This document shows positions 33,341 to 45,620 of a stretch of 64,000 nt of DNA, piece by piece. The position numbers and the translations under genes are program-made. Source of the stretch: Macrostomum lignano (Eukaryota). The notes beneath the pieces are model-generated. The model searched no databases. It saw only the letters and a list, made by a program, of their open reading frames with translations, and was not told the origin of the DNA. The stretch spans positions 62,001 to 126,000 of the forward strand of contig NIVC01000832.1 of the NCBI GenBank assembly GCA_002269645.1. Reading direction: 5' to 3'. Each line of letters opens with the position of its first letter. Within the stretch, counting starts at the first letter, position 1.

Positions 33341-36271
33341 CTAGGTCTGGCCACCCACCTGTCGCCGGGAGGCGCCAAGCAGCTGACCAAGGCCTTGGTG
33401 ACTGTTCGATTCGCCTTCGAGGACCCGGGCCAGAACCCTGCCTACTACGTCTTGCACCGTTTGACGGGAGCTTTCGGTAGTAGGCGGCCGTTCAGCCGGG
33501 CTCTGCCAGAGAGTCGACAGCACCTCAACAAGTGCCTGGACCAGGAGGGGAAGGAACCCACTCACTAGTCCCTGAAGCTGGGAGACTTCTCTGGCAATTG
33601 GCGGCGTGTCATTGTTAGTAGATTCATCCGGCACAGTTGTCTGCGTCTCCGAGTCGGTCGATTCGCGCACAGGGCGCTTCCGGCTTGGGAGGCCAGGGCC
33701 TGTAAGCCAAAACGAGTCGTTGCCCCCTGTCGCCGTTGTCGCCCGTGCTGCGGCGTCGACCTAACTCGGTGCTGCTGCCGGTGCTGGTGCCGGTGCGGAG
33801 GCGGGGGCAAGTAGCGCCGCTGCTGCCGCTTCCGCTGCTGATTCTGCTACTGCCGCTGCTGCCGCAATAGGTGATGGAGCGGCCAACCTGTCTGTTGCTG
33901 CCGCGGCTTCTTGGGCGCCCGCTGCGTAGGCAGCCGCACGCCTTTGGGCCGCGTTGTGGCAATCGACCGCCACCTGGCAGTGGCGGTAGTTAGCTCTGTG
34001 CTGCTCGTTGCAGTTAGCACATTTCACCGCATTCTGGTTATCGCAGTCTCGCCAGTGGTGCTCGGCCGCGCAGATCCGACAACGCTTGGCCGCCTTGCAC
34101 CTCTGGGCGTGGTGACCGAAGCGCTGGCAGTTTTGGCACTGCGGTGCTCGTGCCGGAGCTGCGGTCTTGTTTGGCTCGCACTGGTAGGTTGTGAAATCCG
34201 TAACGATTCCTGTGGCTAGACAGGCATCTACGGTCTGCTTATTTCGGACAAAGACCCTGATTAGGTTAGTAGGCTTGTTGTCTCGCCTAGCAGTGATGCG
34301 GCTAGCTGATATAATATTAAGACCCGCGCTCTCTTGCAGGTGCCGCTTGAAGTCGCTGGCCTCGACCTCCTGAGGCACGCCGCGCACCACGAACGAGTAG
34401 ACCGCTCGGGTCATCGGTCGCTGTGGCGCAGCAGGCCTAGCTCTTGGGTCCGGTCGAGCCTTTGGTAGACGCCTCGTTACCGGCCCTCCAGCAAACTGGG
34501 TCTCGCGCTGAGGCCCACGCAGGAACAACTGGTGGTCTCGCGGAGTAGCCGGAAACACGAGGAAGCCGACTTCATGGGTCAACTTCTTGGTGAGTGTAGC
34601 CCGGGCCGACCCTTGGAAGTTGGCCGCGAGCCACTTTAGAAACTCTATTTGACTAGCTTCTGCCGCAGTGTTAAACACTACTGGTACCACATTACTTCCC
34701 CGGTTATTGTTCGAGGGCCGTGATACATCCTGGTTGTTATTCGCCGCCATTTCAGCGTAGGAACGGCGATAGCCGCCCCGCCCCGCACCGCCGACGTTGC
34801 CGCCGCCGTTGCCCTGGGCTCGTGGGCCGCCAGGGACTGCAGAGCCGGGCGCGCCGGCCGCTCCGCGGTCTCCTGGCTGCCCGCTGGTCATAGCTGTCCG
34901 GGAGCCCGGCGCGGCCAGGCTGGCGCCCGCCCGGCCACTGCCAGGCCCTTGCACGATAGGTGCTGCTGCCGCGGTCGAGCCTCCGTGTCCCAGTGTGCCG
35001 ACGCCAGGTGGATATGTCACCCTAAAGGTGAGAGAAATGCGTACACCCTCCTGGACGCCGACTCCTGGGACACTGTGCTTACATGCGCCGGACATTACTA
35101 TCACTGAGCCGGGCTTTGTCTCGAATTGCGCTACTATTCGCTGGTCCTCATTGTTCTTAATTAGGAATTGGCGTACTGCACCAAAGGAGACCGTAGCGAT
35201 GAAAGGGTCCCTGCCGAGTTCGGATTCGTTATCGGCGTGGAAAGGTATGCAGTCATCAGCCGTTTCGTAAAAGTTTATGAGGCAGCTGTTAAATTTTGGT
35301 GCACCAATATCCGCGTTGAGCTCGAGGTAGTCTCTCATGTCTTCAACTAGCGGGTGCCATTTTTGGTTAGCGCCGAGCGGAACTCCAGAGTAAGAGTACT
35401 CCGGCCCGAACCAAACCACTCGCCGCTGTTCCTGAGGCCGGTGACGTATAGCGATAGGCAGGAGGTCTTGGATCAGCCGGTCATAGACATCGGCGGCTAC
35501 GCTACGGAGCATATTCGGGTAATACTCCAGTCATACGTCTTGGCTAGGCAGCTTGACTTGAAGTGCCGATTTGTCCGCGCCTCTTGGAAAGCTAATTGGA
35601 TTTTCATACGGTATGCTTGTATCCTCAGCGTCAAGATCAACACAGCCGGCATTCGCGGAGTCTGCCTCAGACGCAGAATCAGATGCTGCTGCGGCTGCGT
35701 TGGGGTCCTCGGAGCCGGTTTGGCCAGCACCTTCCAACACAGTCGCAGAGCCGCTGTCCGACGAAATTGAAACGACACTGCCCGGTGACTTGTGCTGCTG
35801 TTTTGCCGTGATAGCAAGTACTGGCGACTTCGGAATGGTAGACACATTGTCACCCGTACAATTTGGTTTCGCTTTAGGTTTTTCGGCATTGTTTGGCAAG
35901 GTCTCAGGCGTTGCCTTAATTGCCTGTTCTCTGGGCGTCGGTGGCGTATCCGATGGCGGAGCGATGGTACAATCCATTTCAGCTGGGCAGCCAAGGGCTG
36001 CGAGGCTATAAGGGGCATCCGGCGGGATGCAATCAGCACTCGTCTTGGAGGCCCTATTACTTTTGGGCTCCTTGAAAGCTGCACCAGCTGCGCCTGAGAT
36101 CGTAGCTGCGCTAGTAGGACCGGCAGGTGGCCGTTCGGATTTTCTGCCTAGACCAAGCAGGCTACGGCCGTACAACTCCATTTTGTCTATGGAGGATCTA
36201 TTGTCGGCACGCTTCGCCGCAGGTAGGCCAGATGGTTTAGCAATCTTTGAGGGTGATACCTGCTTGCTCAT
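33341..36271 (-). pseudogene. LINE ORF1: disordered N-terminus + AlkB 2OG-Fe(II) dioxygenase + RRM-like region + 3 CCHC knuckles + Ala-rich tail
   Basis: ORFs 35531-36271, 33761-35512 and 33341-33670 are one frame split by TGA (35531) and TAG (33761). AlkB motifs NSCLINFY, FHADNE, KHSVP, RISLTFR. Knuckles CQNCQRFGHHAQRC, CRICAAEHHWRDC, CANCNEQHRANYRHC. Confidence 0.9.
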
Positions 36272-37879
36272 TGCTGCTATTATTATAATTGCTAGCTATA
36301 AAATAAATTCTATAAGTTCTTTGCACAAAGATTCGAACTAGGATGCAGAATCGTGAGCAAGCAGGGTCCTGTAACCTTATCACAATTGGATATTCTTTGC
36401 TTTGTAGATATTTTGCGCGCGCGCAGACGGTCTCCAAGAAGAAAGAAGAGGATTGCCTGATATCTAGTTTAGCAAATTTAATAGTATGTAGATTAATTAC
36501 TGTATGTAGTATTTTATTGTATTAGCGGCAGTACCGCTCAATGGCAAAGATAAAGGCTTCGGCCTATCTGGTTAGGGCTTTCGAGTTCGCTCCGAACTGC
36601 AGTGGAGACGAAATAAATCTGGTGCGGAAAATTAGCAGCTTAGTTCTCAAGGAAGGCTGAGAATAAGGGAGGTGGGGGTGGAGAAAATTTAAAATCTTTT
36701 TGAAATCGGCGGTTTGAATTGTTGGTCGACACCAGTGAGGTGGGGCGGATTCTACGTTTGAATTGAATTGTTGTTGTCTCGGCACTCGCAAAGCCGGAAA
36801 ATTTCACGAATGATGCGCGGATTCTTCTCCTTGGATACTCCGTCTTCCGGGGTCCTCAATTCCCGGGGGAGGGTATTCGTAATCGTAGTCAAGCGGTCTT
36901 GTAGCGGCCCGGTCGTTCCGAATGGGTCCTCAGAAACCGTAAAATTCGTAAACTGTCGAAATGCTCGTTTTGTTACTGTCAGTAGTAAAGTATCGCTCCC
37001 ACCACCGTGATTTCGTATTACGGAACGATGAGGGTCTCAAAGCTTTCTTTGAGTTGAGACTGATTGGTTATTTTACGCCCCGCGGGCAAATGACTCAATA
37101 GAGACTGAGGCTTCGATTAAAAACAACTGAATAAGCAATTATTATTATTGGAAACTTATTATTATTGTTATTATTAAAGTAATAGATAAATTGTTATTAC
37201 TACTGTCGTTAAATATTAAAAGAAAAACCTCGAGAGATGGATTTGGCCGTGCCGAGGGCGAGCTAATAAATTACTAGCGTTTAGTCGAAAAGGCTGTTCT
37301 AGTTAAACGCAAATTAAATATTAACAGCAGACTCGTCAAGTCACAAGAGAGAACAAAAGTAAAGTAAAAAGCAAAGCGAGCAAAGCGCATGAGCAAAAGA
37401 TTCCAACAACAACGTTATAAATATTAACTTGGCATGGATAACCCAGGGGGTGGGACAAAGGATGGGACAAGGGAAGGGACAACGAAGGAAAAGGGAAAAA
37501 CCCGGCCACTGGAAGCACTAAAACAACAGAGGCCACGGGAGGGAACAGACGAAGGAGCAGACGAAGGAGCAAGGGCGGGGACAATCGGGGAAACAAACAT
37601 GCGAACAAACATTGAAAGCATGACGTCAACCGTCATCCGATTGAGTCTAGCTGGTCGTCCCGCCGTTGTCCGTGCTGGAGGCCTGCCGTCGTTCACCCCA
37701 GTGGTAGACCGGCCTACCACATAAGCTCGGGCAGCCGTTCCGTCATACGGCAAGATTTTTTGTAAAAGGTTCGAAACTTTTTGAAACTGTACAAACACAC
37801 ACAGCAGTTTTGGTATAAAAATACTTCGGCATCATTTTTTAGAACCGTGAGAGGATCTTACCCAGGGACGGCTCGAGGT

Positions 37880-40800
37880 GAGTTATTCGTTTCAATTATA
37901 ATATGGCTTTCCTGAATTTAGTCGTAACGGGTTCTCTGAACCCTGGTCTGCTCCATTCTTTAAGATCTAAATGAAAATTATGTACCCCTGTGAGCAGAGC
38001 CTTTTTGTACCACCTAAGGCCTAGGTTCCAAATCCTCTCCCTAAGCCTAGGCATCTTGGTGATTTCGTGTAGGTAGCTGATTTTAGTGTATATGGAGGCA
38101 CTTAGCACAAATCTCAGTGCCTGATTTTGAAGCCGCTGAAGTCTCTGGATGATGTTATCAGAGGCGTTGACGAGGATTGGTGCTCCGTAGGTCATGCTGC
38201 TTTCTATGTAGAACCTATAAAGAAGTCGTAGCGCAAGCTGGGATATTCTTGTGTTGCGAGCGACCAACAGTTTTTGAGACGTGTTGCCTATAATTTAGAT
38301 CCTTTTCGAGCGTGACGCCAAGGAACGTGACAGAGTCGTGGTATGGAATTGAGTCCTGTCAAAGTTTGAGCGGAGGTTTGGCAGGGCCGGTGGACCAGGG
38401 ACTCTTGTACCTAAAGAAAGCCACCGCCTTGCTTTTGGTGGGATTAATGGATATGCCAATATCATCTAGCCATTTTTAGGACAACAAGGTAGCTGTTCAA
38501 CCTCTTGGCCGCCATTGTAGAGGTTCTGGCGCTCGCCCAGACGGCCAGGTCGTCCGCAAACTGACTCTTCTTGACTTTAGTGTCACGCGAGATGGGGATC
38601 GAGCTGACATAGATAATGAATAGCAGTGGAGAAAGTACCCCTCCTCGAGGAACTCCAGCAGCGGGCCTAAAGCCCTTGCTAATTGCCCCCCCCCAGCCTG
38701 GATGATCTCCCTATCCTCAAGGTAGCTGGAGATGGTCCGAGTCATGTTGTGCGGCAGGTCGCTCTCCAGGAGACGATACCGGAGATAGCTGTGCTAGACT
38801 CCGCCAAAGGCACCCTTGACGTCGAAGAAGACACCGAGCGACACATGTCTCCATAAATTCATTTTTAGTATATCGTCTGTGAGTCGCACAATGTTGTCAA
38901 ACGTACAATGATCTTGTCTGTACGCACATTGGTCTTCATTAATAATGCCCTTGTTTTCTAAGATTTCTGGCAATTATTTTTTCGTAAAGTTTTCCCAGGC
39001 AGGAGGTTAGGCTGATAGGCCAGTAATTGTTTATTTCATGCCTAAACTTCTTTGGTTTTGGTATCATTTTGATAGTCGCCCGCTTCCAGGCCTTGGGAAA
39101 ATAGCCCAGAAAAAAGCTTGTGTTGAAAATTTTTGCAATAGTTCTAACAGAGTCCGGACTAAGCCCTCGTTTGAGGACAATGTTTGGGATCTGATCAGGG
39201 CCAGGGGCTCCCCCAGATCTAAGATTTTTTGTTTCCATGAGGACGTCTATATCCAGAATGTTAAGGATGTCAGATTCCATGGCTTCCCTACCAGGGTCAT
39301 CAGGGTCAGTTCTGTCCCGGTGATAGGTCAGGGCTCTGGCCATGCAGTCGTAGGGCCGGAAGATCTCATGATTTTCCTTAGAAATAACCTCCTTTTAGAT
39401 AAGGGACTTGGTGTCGGGATGAGGCTGCATTTGGTCCTTGAGGAAATCTTGAAATAAGTTTGCAGTTTCTTGCTCAGTTTCGGCAGTCACCCCTTTGTAG
39501 CTAAGGGCGGGAAATGAGACTGGTTTAATATATTGTCCGGTCATTTTCTTTATGTCGATCCAGAATTGACAGGGTTCTTTTCTGTAGCTAGTTTTAGCAA
39601 TTTTCTGGCATACATTCTCAAATTTTCTGTACCTATGCATTCTTATAGCAATTCTTATTTCTTTAGCGGCTTGGTTTGCCTGTACTCTAAAAGCGTCAAT
39701 TCTGGTTTTTTGAAAAGTTTTTGAAGCTTTCTTCTGTTCCTAATCTTTTCTACAATGTCTGGAGGAAGCTGTTCTCTCGGATCCCTATCTGGGACCACCT
39801 ACTCTATTGTTTCATGGATTTTTTCCGTGAGCTTATCAACCACGTTGTCAAGATCATCGGGAGTGAAGATTCGGGAACGAATCATGCTGCAGTTTTCTAA
39901 ATTATCTTGGAGTGCATACTTAAAAGCTTCCCAGTCAGTGTGCCAAAAACTCTTGGATGGCTTTGGTTTAACCTTGGAGCAGGGGTCGAGGAAGACTTTA
40001 ATCATAATGGGTAGGTGATCACTATCAAGGTCATCGCCCACTAAAACATCACTAACAGAGTTGACTAGATCAGGGGAACAAATACCTAGATCAAGAACAT
40101 TCCCGATAATGTTGCCCCCTCTATTATAAATCCTGGTGCAGTCACCAAAGGAGTTGAGGATAGAGGGGGGATCAGGGTGATTATCGAGCCAATCGAATAG
40201 CTGTTTGCCTGGGAAGTTTTCTACACTGTCCCCACCTAGCATAGAGTGACAGTTGAGATCCCCTAATAGTAAGGATCTGGGTTGGGAGAGCAGCTGCTCA
40301 AGCAGTGCAGTGCTGATATGGTCAGGATTGGGAGCTCTGTAGATAACAGAAATCCTAAGAGTACTACAGGGATTGTTGTTGGGAGTGACATCAAGGCTGA
40401 TAAGCTCATAATTGGAATTGTCATAATATTTATTGACATTTCAAATTTTAAAGTTATTCTTGTAGGCAATTGCCAGTCCCCTTCTGCAGTCAGGAGTGTC
40501 ATACCTGATGATGGCATAACCTTGTACATAAAAAGTATCAATATTTTTAAGATCGGTTTCAGAGAAAATACTGTTACAAGTCTGTCTTTTGTATTGCGTT
40601 ATATTTACGCAAGTTGTGTGCCGTGCACTCTCGGCTCTTGCAGCCGTTGCTCTTATCAGTCTTCTTGAATACTTATGTATTTCTATTTTTTGTCACGAAG
40701 GCTCTTTGACACTTGCGCCAACTAATCGCAGTACAGGCAAATAAACTTGTCTATGGCAATTACAAATTAAAGCTCAATCTGCTCGGGCAGAAGCCAGCCC

Positions 40801-43250
40801 GCAGCAAAGACCAATGTCAATATCGTCATTGTGCAACCACATAATAATTTCGTGCATTTTGTTGCTTAATTTGTTGCAGTTAAGGTGTCCTATGTTTAGT
40901 GCACTTTTGGAAGATTTATTATAGAAAGCCATAGTAAGTCAGTGATTATTCAGGGCTGGATCCGCCTCCGCTCACCGAAGTGGCTTTGGTTTCCCCTGCC
41001 CTGACAGCGGGCACTCTTCCGTGATTCAGGAAAGTCGCCAGGACTTCCGTCACTACCCGAATAGCAAGCTGGCTTGCTTCCCAGGCAGTGAGCAGACGCC
41101 CCGGTTCGATCTCTATGATCCGGTTGAGTGCCCCGAGAACCACCTCGAGCACGTCACCCTGAGTAAAGCCCTCTCACCGTTTCCAGCAGAAGAAGTGGCG
41201 GCATTGTCAGTGTTATTTGGATCGGCATTGATTGGTGTCATTGCAGGCTTCTTGGTCACAGGAGCTTTAGTCTCAGACGGCACTGCTGAATGGGCGGCAG
41301 CGGCGGCAGCAGCAGCAGCAGACGACATTGCTGGTTGGGCGGCAGCAGCAGCAGCAGTAGACGGCGCTGCTGGCTGGGCGGCAGCAGCGGCAGCAGCAGC
41401 AGCCTTGAACGCTTTGGAAGCTCTGTTCTCGAACGCGATTGGTCCTAGTACTGGCACCTGATTGACAGCCTCCGCGTACGAGACAGGGCCAGGTACGCCA
41501 AATGTCTCAGCTAGATTTTGAGTAGGTTCTAATTTTCTAGTCTGTTTGAATTTAAGTCTTAAAGTTTGAACTCTATGATGCTCTCTTTCAGTCGCCCTCT
41601 CATTTGCATGCTGAACCTTTGGGCATTTGAAGGAGAACGCCGGGTGTTCACCCCCACAATTAGCGCACTTAAAGCCCGTATCTTTTGGGCAGTCGCCGGA
41701 ATAGTGCGCCCCGGCACACTTGTTGCAAACAAAACCGGCGTTGCACCTGCTTTCGGTGCGTCCAAGGCCTTGACACCTGTGGCACTGAACTTCCTTGACC
41801 GGTGGAAGATTGTGCGATTCTTCGCACCCGAGTTTCAATGCCCCAAGCTTAATGCCGTTCTCCAGGCAGGTGTCGTAAGTTGCCCTTGACTTTGTAAACA
41901 TCCTGATGAGAGGTGTCGGTTGGCCTGAGGCCTTCGAGACAATGCGTACCGCACTGTCGAATTAAAAATGTGCCTGATTTTCATCTAAATATTGCAGCAG
42001 TTCCTCGGCTTCCACGGCTAGAGGAACACCTTTGACGATGAAGGAGCGGACCTGCGGCGATTTAAGGGGCTTACGCAGCCGATCATCGCCTTGGTGCAGT
42101 GGCCTATTTGACGGCAGGCGCCTAGTGACAGTGTGCCCATTAATTTCGTTAACTTTTAGTGTTGTTGTCAATAAGTTGTTCATATCGTGTGGAGAATTAG
42201 TAAATTACGTAGTGTCCTGAGCTATGACACGATGATGACACGATGCGAGTGTTAGGAAAGTTTGTTTTTAAGAAATATTCGAATTTAATAGGATTCTTAG
42301 CCTCAACGGGCATCTCAAATACAACTGGCGTAATTTTAGTTAATTTAGAATTATTAGATTGTTGTGAGCTTGGCTGCTGAGTGCGTGCTTGTGGCTGCTG
42401 AGTGTGTGTGCTTGGCTGCTGAGTGCGATTGGTTGATTGCTGAGTTGCTAGCCCCACTCATTATCGTGATGCTACCACTGGCAAGCCTCTGCGAGTAGAC
42501 TATATTCTAAATCTGGCCCTTTAGTTCGAAGCTGGAAGTCTCTCTGGGCTCCCAGCGACACCGACACAATGGTCGGGTCGTGGCCTAACTCTGGTTCGTT
42601 GTCAGAGTGCCATGGGATGGCTACCGATCCATCTTTATAAAATTTGATCAGGCACGAATTAGCTAGTGGCACTCTAAGCTCGACGTGAAGCCAAGTGGCT
42701 AAGTGAGTGACGACTGGGTGCCAAGCGTCGTTGCACTCAATCTTAGTACCCCCATAGGTGTACTCAGGCCCATACCAGACTATTCTCCTGGCCTCAGGCT
42801 TGCCCTTGGTTAGATGGTGGTATGAGTTTGGATAAATGTCTTCCATTATAATTTTAATTAGCTTGGCTTCAGAAGATTTGAGCTGCTGATTTTGCAGTTA
42901 GTTAAAGGCTGGCTAGTTTTGTCATCTGTGAGGTCAGGTTCTGGTAGACTGAGTGTCAATATGTTAGTTGCTTTTCCTAAGTCTGCTAGTTTACTACTCT
43001 TGACAGGCTGACTCTCACCATCGCTGACCGCATGAGGGAGGTTCTTCAGTCACTGTCTGCTGTTGCACACAAGACGGCTCATTGCTGGAGGACGCAGAAC
43101 AGGACCTTTGGTCTCGACCGGAAGAGGACCGGTTGTTGCGCTTCTTGGTGCTGACTGGCGGCGAGTCAGTGTCTCTAGAACCACATCTTTTGCTATTGAC
43201 TTCTACTTCCATTGCAGATTGTGCTAGTACTAAGTGTTTACAAAATAAAG
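37880..43250 (-). mobile_element. Second, distinct I/Jockey-group LINE with AlkB-containing ORF1 (family 2), heavily decayed
   Basis: AlkB 42430-42846; RRM-like 41962-42183; knuckles CHRCQGLGRTESRC, CNKCAGAHYSGDC, CANCGGEHPAFSFKC (41113-41901). ORF2 runs from ATG about 40932 (LNIGHLNCNKL) through APE, RT (SQFADD) and the C-terminus at 37896-38267. Confidence 0.9.
42430..42846 (-). pseudogene. AlkB (ALKBH2/3-like) domain of LINE family 2, C-terminally damaged
   Basis: RRIVWYGPEYTYGG, ANSCLIKFY, PWHSDNEPELG, IVSVSLGAQRDF; after a frameshift LASGSITIMSG. The distal His and RxxxxxR are not found. Confidence 0.85.
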
Positions 43251-44349
43251 CCTTAAAACAGTAGGCTAATTTATAAAACTTTAAAACTTATAAATAATAA
43301 AACTATGTTAAAACACTAATAATCCTACTGATAGTAGTAGATTGTCTACAAAATACAAGAGAAGGTCCTAAATCAAAACTAAGCTCTAATATCTATAAGC
43401 CGGGCTGGTCTGGCGCCGTGCTGCAGATGCCGCGCGAGGTGCCTGTCACCGCCGCTTCCGACGAGCCGCGCTGCTGTCGCCGCCGTGACGCGCCGCTGCC
43501 GCCGCCGCCCAGCCGGGTCGCACCGCCGAGCCGCCGGACCAAGCCGTCGAAGCCGCCGAAGCTGCAGGCGCCGAGATGTCGCTGACGAAGCCGGAGCCGC
43601 TGCAGTCACCGCTGAAAAAGCCGAAGCCGCCGACAATGCCGCTGAAGTCGCCGCCGAAGGCCGATGCAGACGCCAGGTGAGTAGCTACCTCAGATGCTAA
43701 TTCACAGAATAGCAAGACACATCCGAAGGCCCACACTGTGGATACCTGTGATGTATTAAAACTATAGTGCTTATTAGTTACCAAGGCAACTATTGCCTTT
43801 TCTTTAAGGACGGAAAACGAATGCTTTTTCCGAGTTGTTTAGTTATTAAGTATGCCGAGGGAGTGCCAAGCCGACAACTCCCTGGCCGCGCGTCAGCCGT
43901 TTTTAAAAAATTGGCTCTTGCGCCTGTGTATATTTTAAAAATAGTTGGTTTGTAAAGTGTACAAAAACTTAATTCCTAGGTTAGACTGTATTAGTACTTC
44001 AGGGTAAGAGTAAAACAGATGCAAGAGAACACAATAGGAGAAAGAAAGAAATTAAAGGTGCTGTAAAATTTAAAACCGGTAGCAATAGTGTTAAACAGTA
44101 AGGATAAACAATAGAGATTAAGTAGATAAACTATAAAGATTAGAGTAAGCAGTACAAGTTAAAAATAAATTAAATTAAATAAGTGAATAAAATTAGTGCA
44201 TAAAACTAAAAAATGGTGCAGAGATACAGTACGGGAGGGAGGCTCACAAAGTGGGACATCACAAAGAAAAGGTGGGCATCTGCGGGGACGGGTGATTCGC
44301 AATACGAGGGCCCGCGAATCCTGTTAGACTGGAGAAGGGACATTCCTCT

Positions 44350-44470
44350 GCCGTGATTGGCCAGCCCAAAACCCCTAGGCGGGGGGGAGCAGCCAATTAG
44401 CGGCGGCCAGGACGCGTCGCGGGGAGGCTAGGGGTTATAGTTTGGAAGGCTATATAAGCGGGTGACCAGT
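44350..44470 (+). promoter_or_regulatory. Pol II promoter-like cluster (CCAAT boxes, GC box, TATA)
   Basis: ATTGG 44356, GGCGGGG 44378, CCAAT 44393, TATATAAG 44451; probably a TE promoter. Confidence 0.4.
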
Positions 44471-44979
44471 CGTATTGTGGGCTCCCCTTCCTTACAGGAG
44501 AGGTCGCGCATATGTAGTAAATAGAGTATAAAAAATTGTCGCATTTAGAAAAGGATTTAACAGTTGAGCAATAGTTGTAAAAGGAAAGGCACTATAAAAA
44601 AGCAGCATGGACTAGATAATAATTTGGCTTAATTTTGACAGGCGAGATCTACTATCCCGCAGCCTTCTCCATCAGCTCGGTTAGTTTTACTAATCGGTCT
44701 AATGGTGGTTCTGGGATCTTATGGTTTCTCCAAGCTTGCTTGGGAGGGGGGACTTCGAATCCATGGATGGCATTAGCTATAGCTTTTTGGTGGCTACCAT
44801 TTGGTGGCTACCTTCTCTACCCTGGGCTTTACCATGGGTATGTTTGCTATTTTGTGCAGGTAGTTAATTTTGGTGAATTTAGGAGCGTTATAGCACAGTC
44901 TGAGGTTGGTGTTTTGGATATGCTGCAGTTTGGTGAAATTAGATTAGAGGAGCTAATGGAGTTGTCACTGAGCGCAGAG

Positions 44980-45620
44980 ACTGGTGTGCATCCAGAAAAC
45001 TTTGTCCTGTCTACGGAATTCTCAGATGTAATTGAAAGCATCAACCAGCGCATTGTCTCAAGTGGAGACCAGCTCTACCCCTACCATGCCTACCTAAAAG
45101 CTCTGATGAGCTTTTCTGATGATGATTCCTGGAACCCGACTCTGCTGCTGAAGGGCACACCGAGACACAGGGAGTCCAGCTGTGTGGAGTATGCAGGACC
45201 TCTGCTCGGCGACATCTTCCAGTGTCATGTTCTGCTGCTGAACACTTTATACCTGCACATCAAGCTGATATCCAGCGATTCTGCATTTGCTATACGAACC
45301 CCAGATGAGAACAACACAGCCTACTGAATGAAAATCTCCCACTACATTCTGAACCTTCGAAGAGTCAAACTGGCGCCTCACATAAGCCTGGCGCATGTAC
45401 AGGGACTGACTAATCAGAACGCACTTTACCCCATCAAGTGCACCGAAATGCAAAACTTTATTCTATCCTAGGGAATTCAGTCAAAAAACATAGAAGAATT
45501 CACCCATGACAAACTGTTGAAGTTCATTATGATGGTCTTCGTGAACCACCGAGCCTTCAATGGACATCACCATTCCAGCCCCTTCGAGTTCCAGAGCTTC
45601 AACCTCAATCAGCTAGGACT
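44980..45620 (+). pseudogene. Major capsid protein fragment of a second, different Polinton lineage
   Basis: FSDVIESINQRIVSSGDQLYPYHAYLKALM, GPLLGDIFQCHVLLLN, LNLRRVKLAPHISLAH..ALYPIK and VNHRAFNG..SPFEFQSFNL follow the canonical Polinton MCP pattern; in-frame stops are present. Confidence 0.8.

Larger units (their letters stand above)
30130..36440 (-). mobile_element. Near full-length I/Jockey-group LINE with AlkB-containing ORF1 (family 1)
   Basis: Ordered ORF1 (33341-36271) and ORF2 (APE-RT, 30473-33323); no RNase H seen. UTR limits are approximate. Confidence 0.93.

Noticed and set aside
38280-38940. Recombinant RT segment from another subfamily
   Set aside because: A GC shift is visible but cannot be separated from local decay without alignments.
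43379-43784. GC-rich ORFs as a viral core protein or host exon
   Set aside because: Low complexity and open in several frames, with no diagnostic motif; a donor-like CAGGTGAGT alone is insufficient.
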